From assembly GCA_041746575.1 (NCBI GenBank), contig JBGTGT010000113.1, positions 26,017-90,016 on the forward strand: 64,000 bases of DNA, read 5' to 3'. Positions within the stretch are counted from its first letter, which is position 1, and every line of letters begins with the position of its first letter. The notes beneath the pieces were generated by a model. The model had not been told where the DNA came from, searched no databases, and was given only the letters and a program-made list of their open reading frames with translations. The position numbers and the translations under genes are program-made. Source of the DNA: Microcystaceae cyanobacterium (GTDB lineage Bacteria; Cyanobacteriota; Cyanobacteriia; Cyanobacteriales; Microcystaceae). Below, piece after piece: positions 61,887-64,000 of this stretch.

Positions 61887-63218
61887 CTAAGATTCCATCT
61901 CATGAATTTGTTTAGGCGCACTGGCTGTTAAAATTTCATTCCCTTTTTCAGTCACTAAAATATCATCTTCAATGCGAATACCAATTCCTCGCCAGTTTTC
62001 AGGAATTTCAGGTTGTCCTTCGGCGGGTTTAATATGAGGAGAAATATAAATTCCGGGTTCGACGGTGACGATTTGATTGGGCTGAAAAGTTTGCCACGTT
62101 TCTTCGCCGCACTTGTATAGACCCACATCATGAACATCTAAACCTAGCCAATGACCTGTACGGTGCATATAAAAGGGTTTATATTTCTCTTCTGTAATGA
62201 TTTCCTCCAAATCGCCCACTAAAAGCCCCAAATCAATTAATCCTTGTACAATCACACAAACGGCAATATCATGAAATTCGTGATAGGGTTTACCCGTTTT
62301 GACTTCTTCGATGGCCTGCTGTTGCGCTTCTAGGACAATTTCGTAGATAGCTCGCTGTTCTGGCGTAAATTTACCACTAATCGGAAAGGTGCGAGTAATG
62401 TCACCGTTATAGTAGCCATAAGAACACCCAGCATCAATTAAGATCAGATCATTATCTTGAATTTGACGACTATTCTCGATATAGTGCAGAATACAAGCAT
62501 TCGCACCAGAGGCAACGATAGAAGGATAAGCAACGCCTATTGCTCCCTCTGATCGAAAAAGATGCTCAATTTCGGCTTGTATTTGATATTCATAATGACC
62601 TACCTGAGCGAATTCTTTAGCATGGTTGTGTGCTTTAGCGGAAATTGCGGTCGCTTGGCGCATTAAGGCTAATTCGGCATCACTTTTCACTAAACGCATC
62701 GAATGCAGAATAAAACCGCTATCTTCAATTCCCCTCGGGCCTGTTCCCCGTTTGGGATAGGTCATTAAAAGGTGTTGCCAATGGCTTAAAATGACTTGAT
62801 TGAAGTGAGTATCCCGTCCAAAATGATAGTAAAGACGGTCAGCTTTTTCTAAGTATTGTGATAGCTTTTCATCAAGTTCGGTAATCGGATACGCTTCGTC
62901 TGCCTCGTAATAAGACTTGGCTTTTTCCACACCACAACGATAACCCGTCCACGTTTCTTTTTCGGAATCTTTCGGTTGAACAAAAAGGATAAAACGGTGT
63001 TCGGGATGATGGGGACATAAAACGGCAACCGCTTCGGGTTCGTTAAATCCTGTTAAATAAAAAAAGTCACTCTCTTGGCGAAATATATATTCAACGTCAT
63101 TGTGCATTACTGCCATTGGCGCACTCCGAAAAATAGCTGTTCCTTGACCCATTTTGTCCATTAATTTTTCTCGGCGTTGGCGATATTCCGTTTGAGAGAT
63201 TTCCATCGTTTCAATCAT
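61887..63218 (-). CDS. pepP: Xaa-Pro aminopeptidase
   Basis: FRQESDFFYLTG, LHY, DAG, DITRTFP, HWLGLDVHD, TVEPG, IRIEDD; start may be 63206. Confidence 0.93.
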   Translation of the reverse strand: MIETMEISQTEYRQRREKLMDKMGQGTAIFRSAPMAVMHNDVEYIFRQESDFFYLTGFNEPEAVAVLCPHHPEHRFILFVQPKDSEKETWTGYRCGVEKAKSYYEADEAYPITELDEKLSQYLEKADRLYYHFGRDTHFNQVILSHWQHLLMTYPKRGTGPRGIEDSGFILHSMRLVKSDAELALMRQATAISAKAHNHAKEFAQVGHYEYQIQAEIEHLFRSEGAIGVAYPSIVASGANACILHYIENSRQIQDNDLILIDAGCSYGYYNGDITRTFPISGKFTPEQRAIYEIVLEAQQQAIEEVKTGKPYHEFHDIAVCVIVQGLIDLGLLVGDLEEIITEEKYKPFYMHRTGHWLGLDVHDVGLYKCGEETWQTFQPNQIVTVEPGIYISPHIKPAEGQPEIPENWRGIGIRIEDDILVTEKGNEILTASAPKQIHEMES

Positions 63219-63269
63219 TTTAAGACTAACCCTTATTATAAATCATTGCTCCACCATTGCTCTAAATAT

Positions 63270-63810
63270 CTAGGTTTCCTGAAATTTAGCCATTAACCAC
63301 ATACTTATTTCAGAATGAATACTTTCCTTAGTCCGTTTTAAGACTTCTATGAAAACATTTATTAATTTAATAATCCTTGTAAAACCTCTAACGTGTGAAT
63401 GCGCCAACTACCGCCATTTTCCATTTTAAAGGCAATAATTTCTATCGTTTGAACATTGACTACCCAATATTCTTTAACCGCTAATTCTTCATATAATGAT
63501 CGTTTTTCCCCTAAGTCATCTTTGAAGGACGTATTAGCAATTTCAATCACTAAATTAGGAGGGGGTTAGTTATCTAAATTAATCATGGCTGCACCATCGG
63601 AAACCACATTGACATTTTCCCCAAGATAAAAGGATAAATCAGGTTGTGCTTCTCCGATACCTGCTTTACGATAGGAACAATTGTCTTTCCCCTTTAAAGG
63701 AATTTGTTTTAATCCTGCAGATAGATAAATGCTATAATCCAGAATACTATGATTACTGGCAGGATCGTGACCAATAGGGATCATTTCAACGCGTATCCTT
63801 TGCGCAAAGT
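63270..63810 (-). pseudogene. Uma2 (DUF820) family endonuclease pseudogene
   Basis: QPDLSFY..NLDN*PPPNLVIEIANTS..DDLGEKR.LYE..VKEYWVV (in-frame TAA at 63566-63568); 3' part frameshifted, ending ..WLMAKFQET*. Confidence 0.8.
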
Positions 63811-63946
63811 CATAAAATTTAGCTTCAGAAAGTTGAGGAGCATCGCAGAGTTTTAAATACCAGGGTAAACGCATCTTAACTTAGCCCAAAAATATGGTAT
63901 GATAAAACTTTGACTAATTTCCTAAATAGTTGATTGATATACATTG

Positions 63947-64000
63947 ATGGCTAAAGGCTTCCAAAAATCTGTAGAAACCCAAGGAAAACAGAATTTTTCT
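63947..64000 (+). CDS. Possible start of a CDS running off the window (MAKGFQKS..)
   Basis: Open frame of 18 codons to the window edge; TGGTATGAT upstream. Confidence 0.35.
   Translation, partial: MAKGFQKSVETQGKQNFS

Noticed and set aside
164..62137. Numerous 60-125 aa ORFs overlapping long genes
   Set aside because: They lie antisense or out of frame within well-supported CDSs and carry no recognisable motifs
1..64000. CRISPR array, cas genes, prophage or rRNA
   Set aside because: No regularly spaced repeats, cas/phage proteins or rRNA-like sequence seen

Overview
Chromosomal segment from a beta-cyanobacterium, probably a unicellular Chroococcales-type strain (inference). This rests on the form IB rbcL-rbcX-rbcS operon, CP12, frequent HIP1 GCGATCGC octamers and a cyanobacterial-type RNase P RNA. 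Most of the window is core genome: ilvA, nadB, rpsB-tsf, hpnJ, crcB, yebC, dut, pgi, pnp, ilvE, cobM, mfd, moaA, rnpB-rnc, pepP and tRNA-Thr(UGU). The most unusual locus is 24.3-28.8 kb. There a urea-transporter-family channel fused to a calmodulin-like EF-hand domain is divergently paired (74-bp spacer) with a signal-peptide-less 5'-nucleotidase that also carries EF-hands, and a nucleoside hydrolase follows. It is a candidate Ca2+-controlled nucleotide-catabolism/solute-flux module. Signals not in the ORF track include a decayed copy of the mfd 3' end that brackets a DCC-family gene like an att-flanked mini-islet, and mutually exclusive stems between rbcL and rbcX. Also present are an rpsB leader pseudoknot, a broken tandem IF7-like small gene, and pseudogenes of cynS, an RR-PP2C, a Ser/Thr kinase hit by IS630, and Uma2. 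All calls come from reading motifs by eye; no searches were run.
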